Origin: an uncultured virus (IMG/VR IMGVR_UViG_3300008107_000416)
Taxonomy: Duplodnaviria; Heunggongvirae; Uroviricota; Caudoviricetes
IMG/VR virus record: IMGVR_UViG_3300008107_000416
DNA length: 64,000 nt
Reading direction: 5' to 3' (one strand)
The notes under the pieces are model-generated. The model saw only the letters and a list, made by a program, of their open reading frames with translations, was not told where the DNA came from and searched no databases. A program made the position numbers and the translations under genes. Positions 1 through 9,200 of the stretch are shown piece after piece; position 1 is the first letter of the stretch, and the number at the start of each line of letters is the position of its first letter.

Positions 1-40
1 TCATGTCCAAAGTCATAACGGTGCTTAAATTGAAAGAGTG

Positions 41-433
41 TCATTGTCCTGTTACATCCTCATAGTCTTGTAGTTTACCATGTTTGAAGTGAAGTTTCAA
101 CCTAGGCCAATCTTCCCATTTACCCTTCCATTGTTCTGGGTAGATTTCAATATATTTGGTAATGGTATGAACTCTATACTTTCCGTGCTTTCCTGTAGGA
201 ACCCACTCATAGTTTAGAAACTTTCTATCACGATCATATCGTGGATCATCTTCTTTGATTTCTTCAAATGTTGATGTTCCAGCATATTCGCCACACCACA
301 ACCAACCATTAGGATCTAACCAGAAGTGACTCATTGTGCCACCAATACCATCCTCAATATCTTTGGTTTGGTTTATACCCATAAAAGGTTCTGGTAGAGT
401 ATAACTACTCTTCACCCAGTCAAACATTCCCAA
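41..433 (-). CDS. hypothetical phage protein
   Basis: 130-aa ORF with GGAGG upstream; no recognisable domain. Confidence 0.7.
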   Translation of the reverse strand: MGMFDWVKSSYTLPEPFMGINQTKDIEDGIGGTMSHFWLDPNGWLWCGEYAGTSTFEEIKEDDPRYDRDRKFLNYEWVPTGKHGKYRVHTITKYIEIYPEQWKGKWEDWPRLKLHFKHGKLQDYEDVTGQ

Positions 434-448
434 TTGCTTTCCTCCAAA

Positions 449-670
449 TCACAACAGGTTAGGGCACTTTGTAGCAACAACCGCAAGAGCAGTCACTTCA
501 ATCGCAGGAGACTTATTGATTACTCTTCTCACATTATTTCCACCAAACTTATCGTTTGCTTTAGAATAGGCAATAAGAACTGACTTGAGAGTATCCATAC
601 CTTGTGCTTTGGCAGCACAGAAGTCACCAGCAACAAAGTTAAGTAATGTGAGTAATGTGAGTTCAGTCAT
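449..670 (-). CDS. hypothetical protein
   Basis: 73-aa ORF, ATGA-coupled to the upstream gene. Confidence 0.65.
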   Translation of the reverse strand: MTELTLLTLLNFVAGDFCAAKAQGMDTLKSVLIAYSKANDKFGGNNVRRVINKSPAIEVTALAVVATKCPNLL

Positions 671-855
671 CGTTTTAGATAATGTGGTTGATCCGTATCA
701 AAGGTTGTCCATTTTGCTATTTTAAGGCACATTAGAATTGTTTGGTGCTCACGCCGATACAATTCCCAGTCACCTTTGCACATGGCACTATAACGCCTTT
801 GATAGGCACATTGCCAGACATCCCTAAAGATTTTATCTTTTTCAGAGAGACTCAT
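667..855 (-). CDS. hypothetical protein
   Basis: 62-aa ORF in a tightly packed minus-strand run. Confidence 0.6.
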   Translation of the reverse strand: MSLSEKDKIFRDVWQCAYQRRYSAMCKGDWELYRREHQTILMCLKIAKWTTFDTDQPHYLKR

Positions 856-856
856 T

Positions 857-1111
857 TTAATATGGAAGTGCTTTTAAACCGTCCAAAACTTCTTGGAACT
901 TATCGGCACGAGTCTTGTGCTCCGCAGCATTCTGCCCAAGCACATCCACAATATCGTCCAGGATTACATCCACTGGAGCATCAGTATCAAAGTATTGTTG
1001 GATTGCTTCGGCAAGATACCTCTTCCGACTCCATTCCATACTATAGGGTTTGTAGTCCATGACGATAGAGTATTTGCTAGGTATTATAGGTCCTTTAATC
1101 TTCATTGTCAA
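857..1111 (-). CDS. hypothetical cyanophage protein
   Basis: 84-aa ORF (YKPYSMEWSRKRYL) in the packed run. Confidence 0.65.
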   Translation of the reverse strand: MTMKIKGPIIPSKYSIVMDYKPYSMEWSRKRYLAEAIQQYFDTDAPVDVILDDIVDVLGQNAAEHKTRADKFQEVLDGLKALPY

Positions 1112-1340
1112 GTTCTTTCAAATAATCAGTCCACCATTGTGGGTCTTTCTGCATTTTCCAGTTAGGAACCTCAAGTCCACGGTCAAAATACCACTGCCAG
1201 ATTGCCTGCTCAATTATTTCTTTCGTCTCAATAATCTTCGCCTTCTTCATCAGTGTCTCCATATGCGTCTTCCACATAAGGTCCGTGTGGTCGTTTGGCA
1301 TCATCTCTGACATACTTCTGCTCCATATTAACAGTAGCAA
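1095..1340 (-). CDS. hypothetical protein (true start probably internal)
   Basis: C-terminal half (VPNWKMQKDPQWW) looks coding; N-terminus overlaps 1228..1416. Confidence 0.5.
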   Translation of the reverse strand: MLLLIWSRSMSEMMPNDHTDLMWKTHMETLMKKAKIIETKEIIEQAIWQWYFDRGLEVPNWKMQKDPQWWTDYLKELDNED

Positions 1341-1416
1341 TCCATACTGACAGTTTCATCACTAACCATATTGTAACAAGAGGTAAAAAGCAAGCAATAA
1401 GAATTAAAGCTTTCAT
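1228..1416 (-). CDS. small membrane-anchored hypothetical protein
   Basis: hydrophobic N-terminus, acidic tail; ATGA-coupled. Confidence 0.6.
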   Translation of the reverse strand: MKALILIACFLPLVTIWLVMKLSVWIATVNMEQKYVRDDAKRPHGPYVEDAYGDTDEEGEDY

Positions 1417-1613
1417 TCTTCAATTTCCCAGCATTTTTGGAACTTATCTCTCAACTCATTGATTTTAACATTGTGTTGAAACTCCATAATGTGTTCTTGT
1501 ATTTCCTTCTCTTCATCAGTGAACTCCATACGATATTTAAGTTTAGTATCAACAAGACGCACCATTTCCATATAAAATGTAGTGCCTTTATGAATAAACT
1601 CTTCGTAAGTCAT
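1413..1613 (-). CDS. hypothetical protein
   Basis: MTYEEFIHKG start overlaps the stop of the upstream ORF (TGATG). Confidence 0.6.
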   Translation of the reverse strand: MTYEEFIHKGTTFYMEMVRLVDTKLKYRMEFTDEEKEIQEHIMEFQHNVKINELRDKFQKCWEIEE

Positions 1614-1945
1614 CAGTCTCTCTGACGCCAATCGTCTGGTTTGTCTCTGCCTTCTGTCCACCAATCGACCATATCATCAACACTATCGAATCCGCGTTTA
1701 CCAAAGCGTTCATTACCAAGACCACCAATGTCTAACTGGTTGAGAAAGTCATCCATTTCATTCATATCTGGATTCTCTGCTCGTCTTCTTGCCTGACGAA
1801 GAATTGTAGCAGCAGAACGATTTGACTTGGCAAGTTTTTCACACCAAATCATATCTTCTAAACTGACTTCCTCATGTAGAACAATCTTCTCACAAATTGC
1901 TTCAAGTCGCAGACGATATTGCGTAGAAAGCATACACTCCTCCAA
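1613..1945 (-). CDS. conserved cyanophage hypothetical protein
   Basis: MLSTQYRLRLEAIC...DDWRQRD pattern typical of cyanomyoviruses. Confidence 0.7.
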   Translation of the reverse strand: MEECMLSTQYRLRLEAICEKIVLHEEVSLEDMIWCEKLAKSNRSAATILRQARRRAENPDMNEMDDFLNQLDIGGLGNERFGKRGFDSVDDMVDWWTEGRDKPDDWRQRD

Positions 1946-1953
1946 GTATGAGA

Positions 1954-2190
1954 CTATTTATTTTCGTCAAAGTATTTCTGTAACTCTTTTGCGAGTTTCA
2001 TAGAGCGACGATACATTAGATATTTTACCACAGGATTTTTGGGGCTATGCGTAAACCACCACCATTTGCGTTGAATATATGCTTTTACTAACCTAAACAC
2101 ATAATAAAAAGCAGCAGCAATACTATCATCAGTTACGATGAAGTATGCCGCCACCATAAAGAGCAGTAACCATATGTAATAGGATTCCAT
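1954..2190 (-). CDS. hypothetical membrane protein
   Basis: 78 aa, hydrophobic N-terminal half. Confidence 0.6.
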   Translation of the reverse strand: MESYYIWLLLFMVAAYFIVTDDSIAAAFYYVFRLVKAYIQRKWWWFTHSPKNPVVKYLMYRRSMKLAKELQKYFDENK

Positions 2191-2366
2191 TAACTAAACT
2201 CCTCACCTCTACGGGAGTTTAGATATTCTAGCACTTCTTGTCTCCATTCAAGGAGTTCATTGTAACACTTTTGATTGTGAGCACACTGTCTCAACTCATG
2301 GTCTGGTTTCAATACACTTTCAATAAAGAGTCCAAGAGCATCCTTGCGTTTCTGTTCTTTGTCCAT
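2190..2366 (-). CDS. hypothetical protein (58 aa, not in the ORF track)
   Basis: hand translation MDKEQKRKDALGLFIESVLKPDHELRQCAHNQKCYNELLEWRQEVLEYLNSRRGEEFS; TAATG-coupled to the next gene. Confidence 0.65.
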   Translation of the reverse strand: MDKEQKRKDALGLFIESVLKPDHELRQCAHNQKCYNELLEWRQEVLEYLNSRRGEEFS

Positions 2367-2393
2367 GAGTTGCTTTCAGTTATAGTATTTACA

Positions 2394-2624
2394 CTACTTC
2401 TTTTTGGACTTTTTGATTTCCTTGAGAATGTAGTTTTTGGCGGCAGTATAGTTCTGGGCAGTGTGAACTACAGAACCAAAGTTAATGATGGCAAACTTCT
2501 TGGAGTTCATAATAGGCACTGCTGCCCACATTCCGTCTTTTGTCACATAACCTTGTGGGTCTCCTGGTGTTGGATCAAGAACACCAGGACGATCAATATG
2601 CGGTTTTAGAAACTTTTCGCTCAT
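2394..2624 (-). CDS. hypothetical protein
   Basis: 76 aa, GYVTKDGMWAAVP. Confidence 0.65.
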   Translation of the reverse strand: MSEKFLKPHIDRPGVLDPTPGDPQGYVTKDGMWAAVPIMNSKKFAIINFGSVVHTAQNYTAAKNYILKEIKKSKKK

Positions 2625-2764
2625 CCAAATACGGCAGTGACACCCATAACTTTAGCACTTGGATTGCGTGCCAGAGCAGTTCGCTTGGCATCTTCATAGT
2701 CTCGTGCTTCTACGATCTCATTGAAGACCTTGCCAGCGACATAGAGTTGGACTTTGCAACGCAT
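2621..2764 (-). CDS. small conserved cyanophage protein (47 aa)
   Basis: hand translation MRCKVQLYVAGKVFNEIVEARDYEDAKRTALARNPSAKVMGVTAVFG; AGGAGG RBS. Confidence 0.7.
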   Translation of the reverse strand: MRCKVQLYVAGKVFNEIVEARDYEDAKRTALARNPSAKVMGVTAVFG

Positions 2765-2805
2765 TGGGGATTCCTCCTTTGTATGTGAGTATTATAGCAG
2801 AAAAA

Positions 2806-3987
2806 TCAGCGGCGGACCACTGAAATGGCAGGTTGACCCTGACGGAAAACGGTGTCTACGACCGCCTGGACGCTCTTGGCGGTAGAGATACCTACACGGT
2901 CATAAACTGGGATACAGACCAGTCCAAAGGTCTTCTGGGTGTCTCCCAGACGAATCACCCTCCCGATGGACTGGGAGATTCCGATGTAGTCCATGTTCCG
3001 CATGAACAGTACTGCCTCAAGACCAGAGACATTGATACCTTCAGAAAGAATGGAGTGATGAAGCACCACAAACTTCTTGGAAGAATCCTTGCCCCAAGCA
3101 TTCAGAGTGTCAAAGAACACCTCACGGTTGACCTTCTGACCGTCAATCACACCACCAGTCTTGGCAGTAATGTACATACAAGAATAACCACGCTCGGTCA
3201 ACTCCTTACGGAAGTCAGACTCACTCAACAGTTTGACAATCTGTTTGGTAGAACGAGCACAAATCAGAATCTTATCCAAACCATTCTCATCAATGGTATC
3301 CAGAAGGTTGGCAGAGTCGCGGTCAGCAATCATCTGCTTGTCTTGAACCATCTCAAGTTGCTTCACAACAACTTTAGGAGGAAGAATATAACCTTCTTCT
3401 ACCAGTTTAGGAGCAGGTACATTACAGATCACATTACCATAAACGGCAACATCATTCATCCCAGGTTTGGAAACAGTAAGAGAATGTTTAGGAGTAGCAG
3501 TGAAGAAATAGCAGCGGTTAGCAGTAGCAGAGAAGTGCTCCGTAGCAGGGAAAAAGTTACGCTGGACGCTGTTGTGTGCTTCATCAAAGTAAATAGTATT
3601 GACGGGGATATCTGCCTGCTGAAGACGCTGCAGAGAATTATAGGTGGTGAAAATCAATTTGTGACTTTGAGTTGCTTCTACCCAAGCACGAATCACATTC
3701 GGGCGAGTGCTACTAAAGTGATGAGTCTCGCCACTGTGAACATGCATCACAGAAGCATTGGTGATAAACTCAAGGAACTCACAAGACAACTGCTCCGCAA
3801 GTAGAATGCGAGGAGCAACCACAACAATAGTCTGCGGAGTCTCTTTCAGAAACTCACGCATCGCATCAAAAATAGCAATATTGGTCTTGCCACCACCAGT
3901 CGGAACAATCACTTGACCTTTCAGATACTCAACAAGAGCATCCAGAGCAGTCTGCTGGTGAGGTCGGAGTTGAATCACAGGTCTCAT
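2806..3987 (-). CDS. SF2 DEAD/DEAH-box helicase (ResIII-like)
   Basis: Q-motif LRPHQ, Walker A PTGGGKT, DEAH, TAT, motif VI QSIGRVIR. Confidence 0.9.
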   Translation of the reverse strand: MRPVIQLRPHQQTALDALVEYLKGQVIVPTGGGKTNIAIFDAMREFLKETPQTIVVVAPRILLAEQLSCEFLEFITNASVMHVHSGETHHFSSTRPNVIRAWVEATQSHKLIFTTYNSLQRLQQADIPVNTIYFDEAHNSVQRNFFPATEHFSATANRCYFFTATPKHSLTVSKPGMNDVAVYGNVICNVPAPKLVEEGYILPPKVVVKQLEMVQDKQMIADRDSANLLDTIDENGLDKILICARSTKQIVKLLSESDFRKELTERGYSCMYITAKTGGVIDGQKVNREVFFDTLNAWGKDSSKKFVVLHHSILSEGINVSGLEAVLFMRNMDYIGISQSIGRVIRLGDTQKTFGLVCIPVYDRVGISTAKSVQAVVDTVFRQGQPAISVVRR

Positions 3988-4058
3988 CGCGTATAAAACT
4001 ATTATAGCAGAAAACCGTCCCTGGTGCGACCCAGTGGACGGTTCTCAAACTGTCACAT

Positions 4059-4241
4059 CTATCTCCAGCGAGGAGTCTTTGGATTGATACGATAAAGTTC
4101 TTTTTCTACTTTTTCTAAACTTTCTTCCATCCAATCCTCCCATACCACAACTCCATGTGGTATGAACTTCATATCTTTGTACATTCTCTTGAGTCTCAAT
4201 AGACCTCTCATCATCTTGAGCTCATTGTAAGTTATTTCCAT
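4059..4241 (-). CDS. hypothetical protein
   Basis: 60-aa ORF downstream of a sigma70-type promoter. Confidence 0.55.
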   Translation of the reverse strand: MEITYNELKMMRGLLRLKRMYKDMKFIPHGVVVWEDWMEESLEKVEKELYRINPKTPRWR

Positions 4242-4278
4242 AAGAGCTTAGACTCTCATCTCCAACCCAGACAAAGGT

Positions 4279-4307
4279 AGTCTACATGGATTTGAGAGTC
4301 TTGTCAA
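4279..4307 (-). promoter_or_regulatory. sigma70-type early promoter
   Basis: TTGACA-N17-TAGACT. Confidence 0.65.
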
Positions 4308-4310
4308 GTA

Positions 4311-6206
4311 TTATAGTGTTGCTATTCCAACCCAAGCACTACCAATATAAAGTTCAAGTCTGGTGTTAGAGGTGTTATAGATCACAGCACCAGCAGCAAC
4401 ACTACTTGGTGTAATTGCGTTTCTTTCTGCTGTTGTTAGTTGTGGGAAATAAACAGGAGATCTTAAACTTGCTGTTAGGTTTGCGAATCTTAAGTCTAGT
4501 GCTCCAATCGGAAGATCCGAGTTAATACCAACAGCACCAATACCACGAATAATCAGATTATTATCGTAGATATTTGTTTGACCAAAGACTTGAAGAGAAC
4601 CAGAGTTTAAGGATCCATTTGCTGGATCCTCAATAGAACCTAATGGTGCCGTGGTTCCGATGCCAACTTTTTGAATAAAACCAGCACCACCATTCACATA
4701 TAATTCTGGGGTAAAACTTGATGATGTAGCTCCAATTCCAATTTTACCTAATAGTGCTGTTTTTCCTCTTGCATCTAAATCAGTAATTGGATCTGCGGTC
4801 CCGATTCCAATTTCACTGCTTACACTTAAATTAGCAAGTGTACTAATTCCAGAAGTGGTATTTAGATTGACATTCGCAAGAACTCCACCAGCACCACCTA
4901 GAACTGTTTTATTGGCACCAGATCCAATTGTAAGAGTTCCAAGAACTTCAGAGTTTCCACCAACATAGGAATTACTGGTGACGGTTGATGTACCTACAAC
5001 TTCAAAAGTTTCTGTTGGATTTGTGATTCCAACTCCCAACTTACCATCATAGGTAAGTGTCATCAGTTCGGCATTGGTCTGTCCGTATAACCAATTAAAG
5101 TTTCCAGTTCCTACACCAGAAGATCCAGCATGAATGTATTGATTAAAAGATCCTGTGGATCTGTTGAGAATATCAAAGGTGCTTTGTGAATTTCCAAATC
5201 TTAATACAACAGAACTATTACCAATACCAACAGATTGACCAATACTAATTCTTGCCTCGCCAGTATTACTTAAGACCTCAACAGTTGTAGTTCCGTTCTT
5301 ACGAACTTGAATTTCTGATGTCGGATTTGCGGTTCCAACTCCAATTCTGCCAGCATTAGTTGCGGTGAATCCAGTTCCACCAGTGCCAACATTCAGAGTA
5401 TTTGCGATTGTTGTGACACCAACTGGAGACTGAATAACCTCAATCGTATCAGTGATTATTCTGGTCGCAGTAATAACACCAACATTAATATTTGGAGTTC
5501 CTGTTAATGAAGAAGCACTTTGTGCGATTCCAGTTAAATTACCAGTTACATTTCCTGTTAGATTTCCAACAAATCCACTAGTCGCAGTAATAACACCAGA
5601 TACACTGATGTTTGATGGAAGTTTGGCATTATTAATAGTTGGAAGGAACGTATTTAGAATCGTTCCGTTTGTAATATTATCTGCGTTTAGATTGGTAATA
5701 TCTGTTCCAAACCCGACAAAGGCATATGCTGTAACGACTCCAGATGCCCTTACATCGCCTGTTGAATTGAATCCTACTCCTCTACCACTGGTGTTTGGAT
5801 TAGCACCAATCTGGAAGGTATTACGGGGGTCTGTGGTGCCTACTCCAACATTACCAGCGGCATAAATTGATGTAAAACCAAGACCAACATCAATATCAAC
5901 CCATTGTGATGTTGGAAGATTAGAAAGAGTTGCACCATTACCATAAAAAGCAGTGGCTGTAATCACACCACTGCTTGCCGAAGCACTAATATTATTACCA
6001 ACACGAAGTTCTGTGGTTGTTGATACTCCAGTTACAAATAGGTCAACAGATGTGACAACTCCTACAGAACGAATATCTCCATTTACATCTAATTTTAGAG
6101 TTGGGACTGTGCTGCCAATTCCAACTCTGCCACCACGAACTACGAGATCGTCATCATCAACTTGGACCCCATCCCTAAAATTAAAAGTCTTTCTAATATT
6201 AGACAT
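4311..6206 (-). CDS. tail fibre / virion structural protein
   Basis: repeated VGIGT-x-P and SGVITAT motifs, G/T/S/N-rich. Confidence 0.8.
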   Translation of the reverse strand: MSNIRKTFNFRDGVQVDDDDLVVRGGRVGIGSTVPTLKLDVNGDIRSVGVVTSVDLFVTGVSTTTELRVGNNISASASSGVITATAFYGNGATLSNLPTSQWVDIDVGLGFTSIYAAGNVGVGTTDPRNTFQIGANPNTSGRGVGFNSTGDVRASGVVTAYAFVGFGTDITNLNADNITNGTILNTFLPTINNAKLPSNISVSGVITATSGFVGNLTGNVTGNLTGIAQSASSLTGTPNINVGVITATRIITDTIEVIQSPVGVTTIANTLNVGTGGTGFTATNAGRIGVGTANPTSEIQVRKNGTTTVEVLSNTGEARISIGQSVGIGNSSVVLRFGNSQSTFDILNRSTGSFNQYIHAGSSGVGTGNFNWLYGQTNAELMTLTYDGKLGVGITNPTETFEVVGTSTVTSNSYVGGNSEVLGTLTIGSGANKTVLGGAGGVLANVNLNTTSGISTLANLSVSSEIGIGTADPITDLDARGKTALLGKIGIGATSSSFTPELYVNGGAGFIQKVGIGTTAPLGSIEDPANGSLNSGSLQVFGQTNIYDNNLIIRGIGAVGINSDLPIGALDLRFANLTASLRSPVYFPQLTTAERNAITPSSVAAGAVIYNTSNTRLELYIGSAWVGIATL

Positions 6207-6219
6207 CTTGGTTTTTTAG

Positions 6220-9200
6220 TTATTTATCGTTCAGTTTTTGTTGGAGTTCATCAACTTTATGAGAAAGTTCCTTAATTGCCTCAATCAGAAGTGGTGTGAT
6301 CTTTTCATACTGGACTGCCTTAAATCCATTCTCTCTTGTCGTAACAATCTCTGGAAGAACCTTCTCAATTTCTTGTGCGATGACACCAATGTCTCTACCA
6401 GTATGTGAGGACTGATCATTCCAATCAAAACTGTTTCCACTGATAGAAAGAACTTTCGCAAGTGGATCTTCAATTGGAGTGATGTTGTCCTTCAGTCTTT
6501 CATCAGAACTGAAGAATGCGGTAATATCATCTGTGACACTTAAGATGCCTGTAATAACGGTATTGTCATTAATATTCAGTTGTCCGCCATTACTATCAAG
6601 TGTAAGTTGACCAGTTGAAGTATCAATGGTATTGTTGGCAGCAACACCAATTCTGATGTTGTCAATTGTTGCTCCACCGTTTGCATCAAGAAGTCCAGTG
6701 ATTGTGGTTACACCAGTAAGTGTTGAGTTTCCAGTTACGGCAAATGTTCCTGCGACAGCAACATTAGCACCAACATTTAGATTCTTCTCAATCCCAACTC
6801 CACCTTCAATAACCAGAGCACCAGTGTCTTTGTTTGTTGAATTCGTTGTATTTGTGATTTCAACAGTGTTGTTGACTTTTAATGAGCCATTGATGATGGT
6901 GGCGTCATTAATCTTAACCTCCTTATTAAGAGTTACTGGTCCATCAAATTGTGACAGAACTGTACCAGAGTTTCCGCCTTCAACAATCAGTCTTTCTTTA
7001 ACAACAATTTCATCAAATACAACAGATAGTCTAGAAGGATCTTGACCAGTGATTGTTGGGGTAGGAATATCAAAGGTCTTTTGCTCACCAGAAGAAGATG
7101 AATACTTGGTATTACCGATGAAGAAGTCTCCATCACTGTTCATACCAGTATAGACAACGGTTCCACAAGATCTTTCTTGCGACTGAACCAAGAAGTCTTC
7201 TCTTTCCGTGAGAGTCTTGACTTGAACCTGTGGCAGACCAGTTGAGTAGTTTCCAGGTCCATAACCAAGATATTCAAATGTGTGACCAGAAGCACGAATA
7301 ATAGATGGTCTACGGAATTCAACGGCAAGTGGTTTGATCTTTCTGATCAGTGATCCACCAGAATGATTTTGTTTTGTGGTTCCTAGAACACCACGAATAA
7401 CTGTAATTTCATTGAGTCCAGCTCCAGACAATGTAGAACTGGTGACTCTCATCATCTCGTTGTCAATTTGGATATAAGATCCGAGAGGGAATCTTGCTAC
7501 GGTTCCGATGCCAGAATTGGTTGCCTGAACATGGAAAGTCGTATCGTTAGTAACATTTGACAGCAGAGTTAAAGTTTCACCACCATAGAATGATAAACCA
7601 CGAGCACCCAGATTTTCGGTTGAAGCATCCGAAGTTGCATTCGCAGCAGACATTCCATGTCTTAATACATGTACAGGAGACAGGGAAACATTTGTAGTTG
7701 CGGTAAATGTATTGACGCCAACTCTTTCCTTAACTACAAAGTCGCCAATATTATTGTTGGAAGTATCAAGAACTCTGAACTTGTTTCCAGAAACCAGAGC
7801 ATGTCCAGAGGAACAATTGAATGTTGTGATTCCACTTACAGAATCATATGAACTTGTAGAAACACGAATTGATGGTCCAAGATTGATTACATACTGATTT
7901 GTTGTAATTCTTGGATCTCCATTTGTGATCGCAATCGCAACTTGTGTTGTGGAAGGAACCGACGAGATTCTGTAGTAACCATCGGAAGTTGTTCCAATAC
8001 CTGTAACTTGAAGTACATCACCAATGTTGGTAGAAATACCTGATGATGAAATTGTTACTCCAGCACCAGTTCCACCACCGATCAGTGAAGTGTCAAAGTC
8101 AAGTTCTTCACCATTCGCATATCCAGAACCACCGTCAATTATATCTGCTGATTTGATACTTCCACCAGAAATGGTAACTTTTGCGGTGGCACCATCCCAA
8201 TTGCTGGTTCCATTATTAAACAGTTTAACATTATAGAAAGTTCCGTTTGTATATCCAGAACCACCTGTCAGAGCACTATATGTTATAATACCACTAAATC
8301 CGTGCTCTCTTTCAAAAGTAATTGTGGCAATACCAGCAGTTGCCGATGTGAAGGATGTGCTAACACCAGAAACTTTAAGACCAATACCAAGATCTTGAAG
8401 GAACTTATCAGTTGCTTCTCTGGTAATGCTCTTTTTAAGATCGTTTGTAGATACATCGCCAAGAGGACTTCTCTTTGCGAAAGTCTTTGCCGCTGGTGGG
8501 TTGTCATGAACATTATCCTTATCAAGTTGTGGGTAAAGATCTACAACATTTTGGCTGTACTTTAGACCAGTGAACTCTGTTGGAATGGCATTATCAGCTT
8601 TCAGAACATAAAGGTGGTAGATGCCATCTTGAGTGTTGTAGATATAAGGTGTGATGACCTCATTTCTATAAATGTAGTAATTTGATTTTAGATCATTTCT
8701 CTCAAATCTTGGGAGTGATGTATTTCTTGTAGATACATCATTGGTGAATGTTCCTACACTATGAGTAATTCCATTTACATCAGTGGTTGAATATTGGAAT
8801 CTCTTATCATCAATAACCGCAGTGACTTCAAATGTTCCGTTATATCCAACATTAATGGTTCCAGAAGTATTCGTAGTGCTGGTTACATTACGGACGATTA
8901 CATTATCACCAACATTTAGATTGTGTGGTAGTTCCGCCAGAACTGTTACTGTATTTGAAGATACTGAACAGGTGCTAATGAATCTTGGATTTTTATTATA
9001 TGCGTAATCAGTTTCACTAATTGATGTGAGTGTGAAATCTGAATTAGTTCTGGCACCAGTGCTGCTGGATTCCTGAATGATAAATCCTTCATTAGGATTT
9101 TTTGCGTTGACAGATTCTTTTGGAATTACAACACGAATCTTGTATAGTTTTTCATCAAGAGATCTTGGATCATCTTTTCTTCTGACATAAGAAACATTTG

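Noticed and set aside
2833..3804. 323-aa plus-strand ORF
   Set aside because: Antisense shadow of the helicase; no motifs of its own.
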